Shown: one piece after another, positions 8,771 through 17,971 of the stretch
Layout of the letters: every line of letters begins with the position of its first letter
Position numbering within the stretch: position 1 is the stretch's first letter
Source: Desulfurococcales archaeon
GTDB lineage: Archaea > Thermoproteota > Thermoprotei_A > Sulfolobales > Desulfurococcaceae
DNA: 64,000 nucleotides
NCBI GenBank assembly: GCA_027022365.1
Contig: JALVYU010000011.1
Span: forward strand, 1-64,000
Direction: 5' to 3'
The notes under the pieces: model-generated
What the model was told of the DNA's origin: nothing
Database searches by the model: none
The model's input: only the letters and a program-made list of their open reading frames with translations
Made by a program: the position numbers and the translations under genes

Positions 8771-10369
8771 GTGGGTAGGAGCAGGGCTTGTGGTGAAAAG
8801 ATTTTGACTGAAGAGCAGGCCAGTAGAGTAATTTACGTGTCTCCTAGACAGTACAGGGTTCTGAAAGTACTTGCTGATTCTGGTAGGACTTTAGAAGTAA
8901 ATGAGATCAGTGTCGCTCTGGGTCTTAGAAGAGAGGACTTAATGAGAGATATTGCTGAGCTTGAAAACAAAGGCTTATTAATAGTTCAGCGCACCGCCTT
9001 TAAGAAGCCTGTACTAACCGATGAAGGTAAAGAAGTGATCGAAAAAGGTCTCCCCGAGGAACGAGTACATAAGTTCATGTACAGATGCATCGATAAACCT
9101 GTTCCGAAGTTCCTTGAATGCATTGCCGAGCAGTCCGGGCTAGATCATAGGATGGCTAGGATAGGTTTACAGCATCTTGTGAGACATGGTTGTCTGAGGA
9201 TTATTGATGGCGTTGTAAGAATAGGCGATGAGAAGAAGTGTTTTGAAGCATTGGAGGAAGCGGCCTGGATCAGATCAGCTCTTCTCGAAGTCTCGCGGGG
9301 CGGCGAGATAACTGATAAGATGATCAGTCTTCTTCGGAGAAGAAAGCTTATTCAAATAGAGCGTATGATTAGGATAGCTGTTGAACCTATTCCTGATCTA
9401 AAGAACCTCATGGAAAGAGGGCTTATCAAGCCCTTCGAGGTTACAACGGTCATAACACCGGGTATGGCAGAAAAACTAGACAAGCTATACATAAAGGAGT
9501 TTGATCTATCTATAGAGCCCCCGAAACCGAAACCAGCTAGACTGAACGCCTATATGGAGTTTCTCGACATGGTGAGAGAAATACTCGTGTCCATGGGTTT
9601 CGAGGAAGTAAAGGGGCCTCATGTCGAGCTAGAGTTCTGGAACTTTGACGCACTATTCCAACCCCAGGACCACCCCGCAAGGGAGATACACGATACTTTC
9701 TTCGTAGACACGGATTTCCGGGGCCGCCTGCCTGAGGAACTGCTTGAGCGTGCAAGGAGTGTACATGAGAGAAGCTGGAAATACAAGTGGAATCCTCTGA
9801 GAGCATTACGTCCAGTCCTAAGAAGCCAAACAACAGCAGTATCAGTACGCACGATCTACGAGAGAAGAGAGGGAGAATACAGGGCCTTCAGCCTAGATAG
9901 AGTGTTCAGGCCTGAGACCCTCGATGCCAAGCACGCTATGGAGTTCTATCAGCTCGACGGAATAATAGTGGGTAAAAATGTTAATCTAAAACATCTACTG
10001 GCTTTCTTCAAAGAGTTCGTCGCGGCCCTCGGCATAAAGAAAGTATGGTTTAAGCCCGGGTACTTCCCATTCACCGAACCAAGCGTGGAGGGCTTTATCA
10101 AGCATCCGACACTGGGATGGATAGAGGCTCTTCCAGGCGGTGTGTTTAGGCCCGAGGTAATGGAAATACTTGGCGCGCCAGGCGTTAAGGCGATAGCCTG
10201 GGGCATAGGCATCGATAGACTGGCTATGGCTGTTCTGGGAATAGACGATATACGTGATCTATTCACAAGCGATTTACAGCTCCTTAGAAACCTTCCAGAA
10301 CCCATAATACCGTTCTTCGTTAAGAAGACGAGTGCAAGAGATGTTGAAGTCGTAAGTATTCCTAAATAG
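8771..10369 (+). CDS. pheS: Phenylalanine--tRNA ligase alpha subunit (start probably at TTG 8804)
   Basis: FWNFDALFQPQDHPAREIHDTFF, LRSQTT, FRPETLDAKH, YFPFTEPS and AWGIGIDRL, plus archaeal N-terminal wHTH domains. Confidence 0.97.
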   Translation: MGRSRACGEKILTEEQASRVIYVSPRQYRVLKVLADSGRTLEVNEISVALGLRREDLMRDIAELENKGLLIVQRTAFKKPVLTDEGKEVIEKGLPEERVHKFMYRCIDKPVPKFLECIAEQSGLDHRMARIGLQHLVRHGCLRIIDGVVRIGDEKKCFEALEEAAWIRSALLEVSRGGEITDKMISLLRRRKLIQIERMIRIAVEPIPDLKNLMERGLIKPFEVTTVITPGMAEKLDKLYIKEFDLSIEPPKPKPARLNAYMEFLDMVREILVSMGFEEVKGPHVELEFWNFDALFQPQDHPAREIHDTFFVDTDFRGRLPEELLERARSVHERSWKYKWNPLRALRPVLRSQTTAVSVRTIYERREGEYRAFSLDRVFRPETLDAKHAMEFYQLDGIIVGKNVNLKHLLAFFKEFVAALGIKKVWFKPGYFPFTEPSVEGFIKHPTLGWIEALPGGVFRPEVMEILGAPGVKAIAWGIGIDRLAMAVLGIDDIRDLFTSDLQLLRNLPEPIIPFFVKKTSARDVEVVSIPK

Positions 10370-10378
10370 GGAGCGATA

Positions 10379-11020
10379 ATGACGGAAGCGTATGTTGTAG
10401 ATACAAGCGCTTTTACGGATCCCCGTCTTCGTGAAAAGCTGGGAACGAGTACCTTGGGCGAGACAATAGAGGCCATCGCAGAGTTATTAGCAAGAGCTCG
10501 AGCAAGATTAGGTCTAGAACTCTATATTCCCCCGACCACAGCAAAAGAACTCCGTAGGTTTCTTCTAAGAAACGATGTGAGCAGGGATATTGTCGATAAG
10601 GTAATATCTGTCCTCACAATAAGGAGTCCTAACCTATATGGGATAAGGTTGCCAGCCATTATACTCAGCAACTGGATCAAAGAGCTTAGAACTAGAATCA
10701 CTAAGGGGTTACGTGTTGCTGAGGACATGATCAGGAAAAGCATAAGGCGCGGCTATGAAGCGAGAGCCGAAAACGAATTGGATGAGATCATGGCGAAATC
10801 AATACATGATCTTCGTGAGAAATACCGTGAAGCAACTAGAAAAGGAATCGTAGACACAGACGTAGATCTAGACGTTATTGTTCTCGCCCTAGAACTAGGG
10901 GCTGAAGTAGTTACAAACGATGAAGGCATAATGAAGATGTGTAGAGAGCTTGGTGTGAGATATATTGACCCAATTAGTTTCATTAACCGCTTAGAGATGA
11001 TGCTAGAGAATATTATCTAA
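10379..11020 (+). CDS. HARP, RNA-free RNase P (PIN domain, UPF0278)
   Basis: VVDTSAFTDP, RITKGLRVAE and LREKYREATRKGIVDTDVDLDVIVLALEL...TNDEGI. Confidence 0.88.
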   Translation: MTEAYVVDTSAFTDPRLREKLGTSTLGETIEAIAELLARARARLGLELYIPPTTAKELRRFLLRNDVSRDIVDKVISVLTIRSPNLYGIRLPAIILSNWIKELRTRITKGLRVAEDMIRKSIRRGYEARAENELDEIMAKSIHDLREKYREATRKGIVDTDVDLDVIVLALELGAEVVTNDEGIMKMCRELGVRYIDPISFINRLEMMLENII

Positions 11021-11030
11021 GTGATAAATA

Positions 11031-12278
11031 TTGGAGACAACCCCGCCCTCCCACGAGCTACAGTTTTTCCTGGCACTCTTACTGAAACATATACTAGCTA
11101 CCCATGTGAGCTACGATAAGGCTTTCAGGACTATTTCAACAAGGTATGCCGTGCCGAAATGGTTGTTAAAAACATTTTATAAGGTGGGATGGTACTTTAT
11201 CTCGTACTACTATGGCATAAGATGGTTATCTGCAAAGAACGGGTATGGTGTACACCCGGCCGGGCTAGCAGCTTATTTTGCATCGTTAGGTTTCAGCGTG
11301 AAACAGCTTCGGAGAAAACTGAGAGAGGAAGCATTAAAGCTCTCTCGCTCTAAAAAACTTAGTATCCTTTATGGCTTTCCCGAATACTTGGTAAAGGATC
11401 TATTAGAGATTATGGATAGGCGTGAACTTGAGAAAATGTTGAGAAAAATGAATGAGAAAAGACGTTGGCTCAGAATAAATACGCTTAAGACCTCCATAAA
11501 GGAAGCCATTAATCTTTTGGAAAAGAACAACCTCATAATATCACGCTCTACGCTCGTTAAATACATGGTGTTTGTTGAGTACCCGAAGTGGGGTTCTCTG
11601 AAAAACCTAGATGCCATTAGAAAAGGAATTGTTGTCCCTCAAGACCTTGCGAGTGCTCTAGCTATCGATATTCTACCTTTAGAAGAACATATGAAGATAT
11701 TGGATGCCTGTAGTGCACCCGGTAATAAGCTCAGTCAGATCTTTATGCTCACAAATAATAGAGTAACCGCCGCCGCTATCGATAAGTCTTTGAAAAGACT
11801 AAGAGTCGAAGACGAATTGCTTGGAAGGCTTGGGGTGAGAAAGCATCTTGCGACCCTTATATATGGAGATTCAGCCATTATCAGCATAAATGGAAAAGAA
11901 TTCGATCTAGCCTTGGTTGACGCTCCTTGTAGTGGAAGTGGTGCTGTATCTTCCGATCCCGCCATCAAGCTAAGTATTATGAGGAGAGATAAGCTAAGAC
12001 ATTATCATGAGATACAATATTCTATCCTTAAGAACCTTTTACTGAGCGGTATCGGCACAATAGAATATATTACATGTAGTATTCATCCCCTCGAAGGAGA
12101 AATGGTTGTGGAGAGATTAATGAACGAGGGCTTGGCCGAGCCGATCAAAATTAATGATAAAAGACTAGCTAAGTCTTATCCCGGCTTTAAGTCATCAGAT
12201 AGAACTGCAAGGATTATGCCCCACATACATAATTCGCAGGGATTCTTTGTGGCAATATTAAAAAATACGCGTGGGTAG
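11031..12278 (+). CDS. RsmB/NOP2/Sun-family RNA m5C methyltransferase
   Basis: LRINTLK, QDLAS, DACSAPGNK, DAPCSGSG (motif IV), YITCS (motif VI) and QGFFVA. Confidence 0.9.
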   Translation: METTPPSHELQFFLALLLKHILATHVSYDKAFRTISTRYAVPKWLLKTFYKVGWYFISYYYGIRWLSAKNGYGVHPAGLAAYFASLGFSVKQLRRKLREEALKLSRSKKLSILYGFPEYLVKDLLEIMDRRELEKMLRKMNEKRRWLRINTLKTSIKEAINLLEKNNLIISRSTLVKYMVFVEYPKWGSLKNLDAIRKGIVVPQDLASALAIDILPLEEHMKILDACSAPGNKLSQIFMLTNNRVTAAAIDKSLKRLRVEDELLGRLGVRKHLATLIYGDSAIISINGKEFDLALVDAPCSGSGAVSSDPAIKLSIMRRDKLRHYHEIQYSILKNLLLSGIGTIEYITCSIHPLEGEMVVERLMNEGLAEPIKINDKRLAKSYPGFKSSDRTARIMPHIHNSQGFFVAILKNTRG

Positions 12279-13266
12279 GTTAGCAGTGAATATAAAATGT
12301 ATTTATGGCCCACACCCTAGCAGGTGTTGGGGCTATTCCCTGGGAATAGATCCTCTTATGCCACCGAGAAAATGTCCATATAATTGCATCTATTGCCCGA
12401 TTATGCCATGGTTTTATAAGAAAACACTTCAGCCCCAACTATATGTCTACCCGGACAGGATCGCTGGAGAAATAGAGGAATTCATAAAGCTAAATGGATG
12501 CGTCTTTAACACTATCATGATCTGGGGAATGGGCGACCCTCTGCTTAATTTTCACACACCACTAATTATCGAGAAGATCAGGGAGATCCTCCCTGATTAT
12601 GGATGCTCTAACCAGATCGTATTGAGGACTACCGGGTACTTGTTGCGCGAAAAATGGGTTCAGCCTATATTCAGCAAAGTAGATTGTGTATTAATACCCC
12701 TCGACGTTATAGGAAAGCATCGTGAAACTCTAGTCGAGCCTATCGAGAAAGCAAGAATAAGCTTCTTGAAAACAGTGATTCGCTCTTTTCCTAGGTATGC
12801 TAGACGTAAAATACTCGCCGAAATCAATCTTTTCAGAAATGAATGGTTTAACCCCGGTGAAACACAATATTTGCTCGAGCTCGCCGCGACACTTAAGAAC
12901 ATAGGCATAGCCAAGGTTTTACTCAAAAGCATCAATAGACCCGGTAGAACAACGGGTATAAAGCCTCTCAGAGGAAAACAGATCGATAAGGCTAGGAAGA
13001 TCCTCGAGGAAGAAGACCTAGAAGTGAAGATATGCTCGTCGAAGCCTGACCAGAATATTTTATTAGCAGGAGACATCGAGGAGCAGGTCTATAACCATGT
13101 TCTAAGAAAACCTCTGAGCGTTAAAGAAATCATCAAGGTCTATGGAAACAATGGCATAGTCGGTGCGGAGAGACTTGTTGAGCAAGGAAGACTGGAGAAG
13201 ATTAATTGGTCCTCAGAAATCTATTTTATAGCGAAGAAAAGCCTCGATTTATTCACGGGTGGATAG
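12271..13266 (+). CDS. Radical SAM protein of unknown function (COG0731-like)
   Basis: YGPHPSRCWGYSLGID, CPYNCIYC and GMGDPLL. Confidence 0.8.
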   Translation: MGRLAVNIKCIYGPHPSRCWGYSLGIDPLMPPRKCPYNCIYCPIMPWFYKKTLQPQLYVYPDRIAGEIEEFIKLNGCVFNTIMIWGMGDPLLNFHTPLIIEKIREILPDYGCSNQIVLRTTGYLLREKWVQPIFSKVDCVLIPLDVIGKHRETLVEPIEKARISFLKTVIRSFPRYARRKILAEINLFRNEWFNPGETQYLLELAATLKNIGIAKVLLKSINRPGRTTGIKPLRGKQIDKARKILEEEDLEVKICSSKPDQNILLAGDIEEQVYNHVLRKPLSVKEIIKVYGNNGIVGAERLVEQGRLEKINWSSEIYFIAKKSLDLFTGG

Positions 13267-13268
13267 TA

Positions 13269-13415
13269 TTGGAAGAACACGCGGATGAGAGAACTCTCAG
13301 CTTAGAGGAGCGAGTAGTTCTTCTTGAGAAAGAAATAGAGGAGATTAAGAAAAGAATTAACCGGCTGGAAAAACTGGTTGACGAGTTATTCGTCTTTATC
13401 CGTTCGCATGTTTGA
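13269..13415 (+). CDS. Small coiled-coil protein
   Basis: Heptad pattern LEERVVLLEKEIEEIKKRINRLEKLV; TTG start just after the upstream stop. Confidence 0.5.
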   Translation: MEEHADERTLSLEERVVLLEKEIEEIKKRINRLEKLVDELFVFIRSHV

Positions 13416-13480
13416 TCTACGATCATATAGTACAGATACTATCTCAAATAGTAGGGCCAAGAATCCCGTTATCCCTATGA

Positions 13481-15439
13481 TTATTTTGATCTCCTCAGCT
13501 GGATCCAGCTAAGACCCCTCCATACAATATACTCAATACCACTCTTTAGCTTGATCCTAACTCTGTCCGGGATCATGCCATGAGTGTCGATCTCATTCCA
13601 TCCCTTCCTTAGATCCTGGATAATAGTGTATTCTGCTTCTCTGCTCTCAAATATAATCTTGGCGGCATCTATATCGAATGGTGACCATATGTACGCAGTT
13701 GTGCCTGATACTCTTAGATGGAATGGCGGTATGTCAAAATCAGCTAGGATCTTTGCTCTGATCTCCTCATACACTGGTCTACGGCGACTTCTAGCAATTA
13801 TTGATATCTTTGCTTGGTAAATACCGGTTTTCGCCCATAGAATATAGAGCGGTAGAACTTTTCTACCCACATGCAGATCGTGATATAATGTTGTTGTTCC
13901 AAAGAGGTTTCCATCATCACTTGTAGCCACAATATAGAGATCATCAAGCTCTACCAGCGGATCAATAGTTACAGGGACGAAAGGACCAAGTACGCCGGGC
14001 ACTATCTTTGGCTGTATCCTTATCTCTCTGAACGCACTCTCAAGCTTCTTAATAACAATCTTTATATCCTCGATTATAGGTAGGAAACCTGGTATTTTAA
14101 CAAGAACCGTTGCAGTGTATGTTCCAGGGGGGCTCCCCCTATCAATGATTATTATTTTATTACCCTCAGAGAGCACTCTTAATTGTGCCCGGGGTTTTCT
14201 GATAAGCTCTACAGTCGGTGTAACCTCCATTATTTCATATTCCGCTGTGCCTCCTGAGGCTATCTCGAAGTCTTTGATCCTAAAACCGATCGACTCCGCA
14301 AAATTGGCCTGTATTACATGAGGTACTTCATCTGGAGATATGTAGCCAATTAGAGCTGTTTGTTCATCCTCGCCCTTCTCATAAATGCTTACTCCATTTA
14401 TTAATCCTGGGATCTTATATCTACCTATAAGTCTGAACCTGTTCATTATTCTTTCATATATGTAGAGTATATCATTCGTTGCAACTCCCAGGTATCGATG
14501 CCCGAGCCCTGCTGCTGTTATCTGTTTATCAAACTCCTGCTTCCACAGTGGAGAACCCGTTTCTACATTTATCACGTAGAGCTCTTTAGCCTTGAAGGCA
14601 ATGATTTCTTTGTTTTCTACTGCAATAAGAGGTGTATGCACATTTTCTCCCATGGTTTTTCTCCATATGCTCGTAGCGTCCTCCAGATTCACCCCTATTA
14701 GCTCGTAGCCGTTGTTGAGAACAGCGTGTTCGCCGTCATAATATGTCATTGCACCCGGAACACGATATCTTTCAGATATAACTGATTTAGGTAGAACGTG
14801 TTTTTTCCATTCACCCATAACGAAAGCATTAACAACTATGTCGTCCTTCCTGATTTCTAAATAAGTGAACCATTTCCCATTCCAGCCCAGCGGTATTCCA
14901 TTACCTACTTTCTTCATAGCGAATTTACCAGGTGATTTCTCATATACTACGATATCTTCGCATCTCTCGTTGTTGGGTGTGACCGATCTAATATAAGCCA
15001 CGAGCCTATCTCCTGATAAACCTACATCTATTCTTTTTGGAATACATGTTTTCTTTGAGATAAAGCCTGTTTTGTACTCTGTTAGCTCATAAATAGGGTT
15101 GGCTCCCTCTAACACGACAAAGCTATGAGTATAGTCTGGGAGTTGGATTGCAATGCCTATCCTCTGTATAGTCCCTGCAATATTGTATATCAGGCCATAA
15201 ACAGATGCAAGACTCCGTTCATTATGGAATAAGTGATAAACTCCTGATACCTGCTTTAAATAGAATCTCTCTAGTCCACCTGTTCTGGCATAAACAAATG
15301 CACGACTATATGCTAGCCCCGGATATACTTCTTCTTTTTCCTTAAAAACATATACTTGTCTCGGCCTGCTGGGCTCCGGCTCTTCTCCAAGTATGTTCTC
15401 CTCAATTATCATTGGGGAAATAAATACTCTTTCACTCAA
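13481..15439 (-). CDS. Hypothetical beta-propeller (PQQ/WD-like) protein with C-terminal beta-sandwich-like domains
   Basis: 652 aa, beta-rich, with PQQ-like blades (GVNLEDATSIWRK, VINVETGSPLWKQ); no obvious signal peptide. Confidence 0.6.
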   Translation of the reverse strand: MSERVFISPMIIEENILGEEPEPSRPRQVYVFKEKEEVYPGLAYSRAFVYARTGGLERFYLKQVSGVYHLFHNERSLASVYGLIYNIAGTIQRIGIAIQLPDYTHSFVVLEGANPIYELTEYKTGFISKKTCIPKRIDVGLSGDRLVAYIRSVTPNNERCEDIVVYEKSPGKFAMKKVGNGIPLGWNGKWFTYLEIRKDDIVVNAFVMGEWKKHVLPKSVISERYRVPGAMTYYDGEHAVLNNGYELIGVNLEDATSIWRKTMGENVHTPLIAVENKEIIAFKAKELYVINVETGSPLWKQEFDKQITAAGLGHRYLGVATNDILYIYERIMNRFRLIGRYKIPGLINGVSIYEKGEDEQTALIGYISPDEVPHVIQANFAESIGFRIKDFEIASGGTAEYEIMEVTPTVELIRKPRAQLRVLSEGNKIIIIDRGSPPGTYTATVLVKIPGFLPIIEDIKIVIKKLESAFREIRIQPKIVPGVLGPFVPVTIDPLVELDDLYIVATSDDGNLFGTTTLYHDLHVGRKVLPLYILWAKTGIYQAKISIIARSRRRPVYEEIRAKILADFDIPPFHLRVSGTTAYIWSPFDIDAAKIIFESREAEYTIIQDLRKGWNEIDTHGMIPDRVRIKLKSGIEYIVWRGLSWIQLRRSK

Positions 15440-15577
15440 TTATCACACCTGCTGGACTAATATACTAATAAGCCAGCACGTTAATGTTACTACTGTGAAC
15501 GTAACAGTTTTACATAGTTCATAGTATTTTAGGATAAATATAAAGGTATTAACACCATGTAGTCGGGGGCGCATGTA

Positions 15578-16708
15578 TTGCCTGTTACACATGTATGGAC
15601 AAGGAAATTTCCCGATTACTGTAGCCTCGACGGATTTAGCATTGATGGCGAATGGCTCATAATAAAGCTGTATTGCGTCGATAAAATGATTGAGTATAGG
15701 ATCAACTCGATTAGCGGGAAGACAAGTATCAATACACTAGATGAAGTGGAACTAAGAGGGGCGGTTGAGCGAAGACGTGAATTCATCACGTTCCAGTGTT
15801 TTAAGGGATATAAAAAGAAGGTTTGGGGTAAGATCGTAAGAGGCCTTGACGCTAAGATGGAGTGCCGTAAAGATATATGTGTAGCAGCAATACTATCTCC
15901 AAACTATACTTTGGAAATCCAGGTTTACAGCGTTCATGGGGACATACTCGAGACGATAGGTTTGGGTAAAGTATTTTCTTTCGATATCGCCGCGACTGAA
16001 AATATCATAACGGTGACCACTCATGGATTCACGGAGGACAATACTGCGTCTGTGATATTTGATGCATCAACAGGCGCCATTATCGATGAGTTATCGAGGT
16101 TTGGAGGGTATCTTGTCTCTTCTCCAGACATAATATTTATTATCAGTGAGCAGGAGGGGAAGCTCTATTGTCGCGGTTATAACAATGATGGTGAGGAGGT
16201 TATAAGCGATGAGGGAGTGCCGTTATTCATACCTTTCAATCCTATACCTCATAGGATACCGGGAATGGATAGATTTAGCTCTAAGCAAGTTGCTGTAATG
16301 GACAGAAATGAGATCCGCGTCTATAATCTCATAGATTACTCTATAGATTATACCGTTACTAGGCCTCCGTTCACAAGGGGGGTATACAACATCAACCCGG
16401 ACGATTTAAGCGTTACAGCATTATCGGTTATAATGGGAATGCCCGTTATCGCGAACTATGATTTTAGAGGAGGCATAAGGTGGTCGAGCCACATCATAGG
16501 CAATATTTACTATGCATTGGTAGCCTCGGACATCGTTGCTGTACATGAACAGATGAAGAGAAACACCGTTACTAGACTATATAAGATAAAAGACGGGTAC
16601 CTCCTACAGGAAGAAGTATTCGGTCCAAATGTAATGCCCATAATAGCGAGAAAAAGCTACATCCTACTAACTGATGGAAGACTAGTTGCTTCCTATATGC
16701 TGGAGTGA
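15578..16708 (+). CDS. Hypothetical beta-rich protein, probable beta-propeller
   Basis: 376 aa with blade-like repeats (IFDASTGAII, NYDFRGGIRWS); divergent from the 652-aa propeller gene. Confidence 0.55.
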   Translation: MPVTHVWTRKFPDYCSLDGFSIDGEWLIIKLYCVDKMIEYRINSISGKTSINTLDEVELRGAVERRREFITFQCFKGYKKKVWGKIVRGLDAKMECRKDICVAAILSPNYTLEIQVYSVHGDILETIGLGKVFSFDIAATENIITVTTHGFTEDNTASVIFDASTGAIIDELSRFGGYLVSSPDIIFIISEQEGKLYCRGYNNDGEEVISDEGVPLFIPFNPIPHRIPGMDRFSSKQVAVMDRNEIRVYNLIDYSIDYTVTRPPFTRGVYNINPDDLSVTALSVIMGMPVIANYDFRGGIRWSSHIIGNIYYALVASDIVAVHEQMKRNTVTRLYKIKDGYLLQEEVFGPNVMPIIARKSYILLTDGRLVASYMLE

Positions 16709-17891
16709 GGAAAGATTGTATCAAGAAGAAACATTTATACTTGGACTAGTATCCCTCCTAGTACTCGCTAAGATCCTCGAGATACCATTTAGAAAATATA
16801 GGCTTCATCCAGTCGCAGCCCATGTCATCGCCGGGATAATACTCGGTCCATACGTCCTAGGAATAGTATATCCGTCCCCGGAGCTTATGGGCATAGCCTC
16901 CTTCGGCCTACTCCTACTAATGTTCTATACAGGCCTAACAACTGATTTTAGAGAACTCAGACGCCACGGGAGCGCCGTAGTGCTTATGGGTGCCATGGGT
17001 GTCACAACCACCTTCCTCCTAGTTCTTACTGTGTCTCTATCTCTCGGTGTCGGCTTATTAGCAGCGATCTTCCTTGCAGCAGTACTATCTAACACTGCGA
17101 CCGAGACGGTGGCTGCTATTGTGGCTCATAGAGGCGATGTTAAAAGTAGGAGTTTGCTCGTTGGAGCGAGCTTTGTTGATGATATCATGGCTGTGTTCAT
17201 TATAGGCATTATCGCCGGGCTAAATCATGGAGTCATAGATCTAAAATCCCTCGTTATACTATCAATAAAAACAACTGTTTTTCTCGCAGTAATATTCTAT
17301 ATTAGCGGGCTTCTATCGAGGAGATTCACGGGATTCTATAAGACGATCAGCCACGACTACTTATGGTTTGCTACGTCCTGTATAATACTAGCTCTCGGCC
17401 TCGCCTTCCTCGCGAGAATGGCTGGTTTAAGTGAGCTCATCGGTGCGTACCTGGCCGGGATACTGATCGGTAGGGGGAGAGAATTCCATGATCCATTCCT
17501 TAGGACGAGGATAGCTATCTCTGAGTTCATAAGCGATTTCACAATAGTGTTAGATGTAATATTCATACCATTATTCTTCACATACATAGGAGTAGTATAT
17601 GTCCCCAGAGCAGTGGAGCCATTATTATATGCTATACTCCTAGCAGTAGCCGTATTCGGCAAATTCGTTGGAGCAACGCCAATAGCATACAAAATACTCG
17701 GGGATAAAAGAAAAAGCTTAGCAGTAGGTCTCGCAATGTCAGGAAGAGGCGCGCTCGAAACAGCACTGCTTAACCTTGGCTTATCAATAGGAGTAATCAA
17801 TCAGACATACTATAGCACAGCCATAACAGTAGCTATAACGACAACAATTCTAGCCCCCATTCTCTATATGATAGCTTACCCGAAAGAATAG
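16686..17891 (+). CDS. Cation:proton antiporter (CPA2/NapA-like)
   Basis: Many TM helices; IAGIILGP, FVDDI, IGAYLAG, IPLFF and SGRGAL. Confidence 0.9.
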   Translation: MLPICWSEERLYQEETFILGLVSLLVLAKILEIPFRKYRLHPVAAHVIAGIILGPYVLGIVYPSPELMGIASFGLLLLMFYTGLTTDFRELRRHGSAVVLMGAMGVTTTFLLVLTVSLSLGVGLLAAIFLAAVLSNTATETVAAIVAHRGDVKSRSLLVGASFVDDIMAVFIIGIIAGLNHGVIDLKSLVILSIKTTVFLAVIFYISGLLSRRFTGFYKTISHDYLWFATSCIILALGLAFLARMAGLSELIGAYLAGILIGRGREFHDPFLRTRIAISEFISDFTIVLDVIFIPLFFTYIGVVYVPRAVEPLLYAILLAVAVFGKFVGATPIAYKILGDKRKSLAVGLAMSGRGALETALLNLGLSIGVINQTYYSTAITVAITTTILAPILYMIAYPKE

Positions 17892-17899
17892 AGAAAAGA

Positions 17900-17962
17900 G
17901 TTCAGCCAGGCCCGTTAATTCATCCCCGGAGGACGGGTCATCCCTTCTAAGCCTCATCCTCA
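17900..17962 (-). ncRNA. Box C/D methylation guide sRNA
   Basis: Minus strand: C AGGAUGA (17960-17954), guide GGCUUAGAAGGG, D' AUGA, short spacer, C' GGGAUGA, guide AUUAACGGGCCUGG, D CUGA (17905-17902). Lies directly downstream of pheT. Confidence 0.8.
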
Positions 17963-17971
17963 GCAACTATC

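Noticed and set aside
17942-17953. Plus-strand complementarity to the 23S GTPase-centre sequence GGCUUAGAAG
   Set aside because: The C/D boxes are on the minus strand, so the guide has the same sense as that rRNA segment and cannot pair with it
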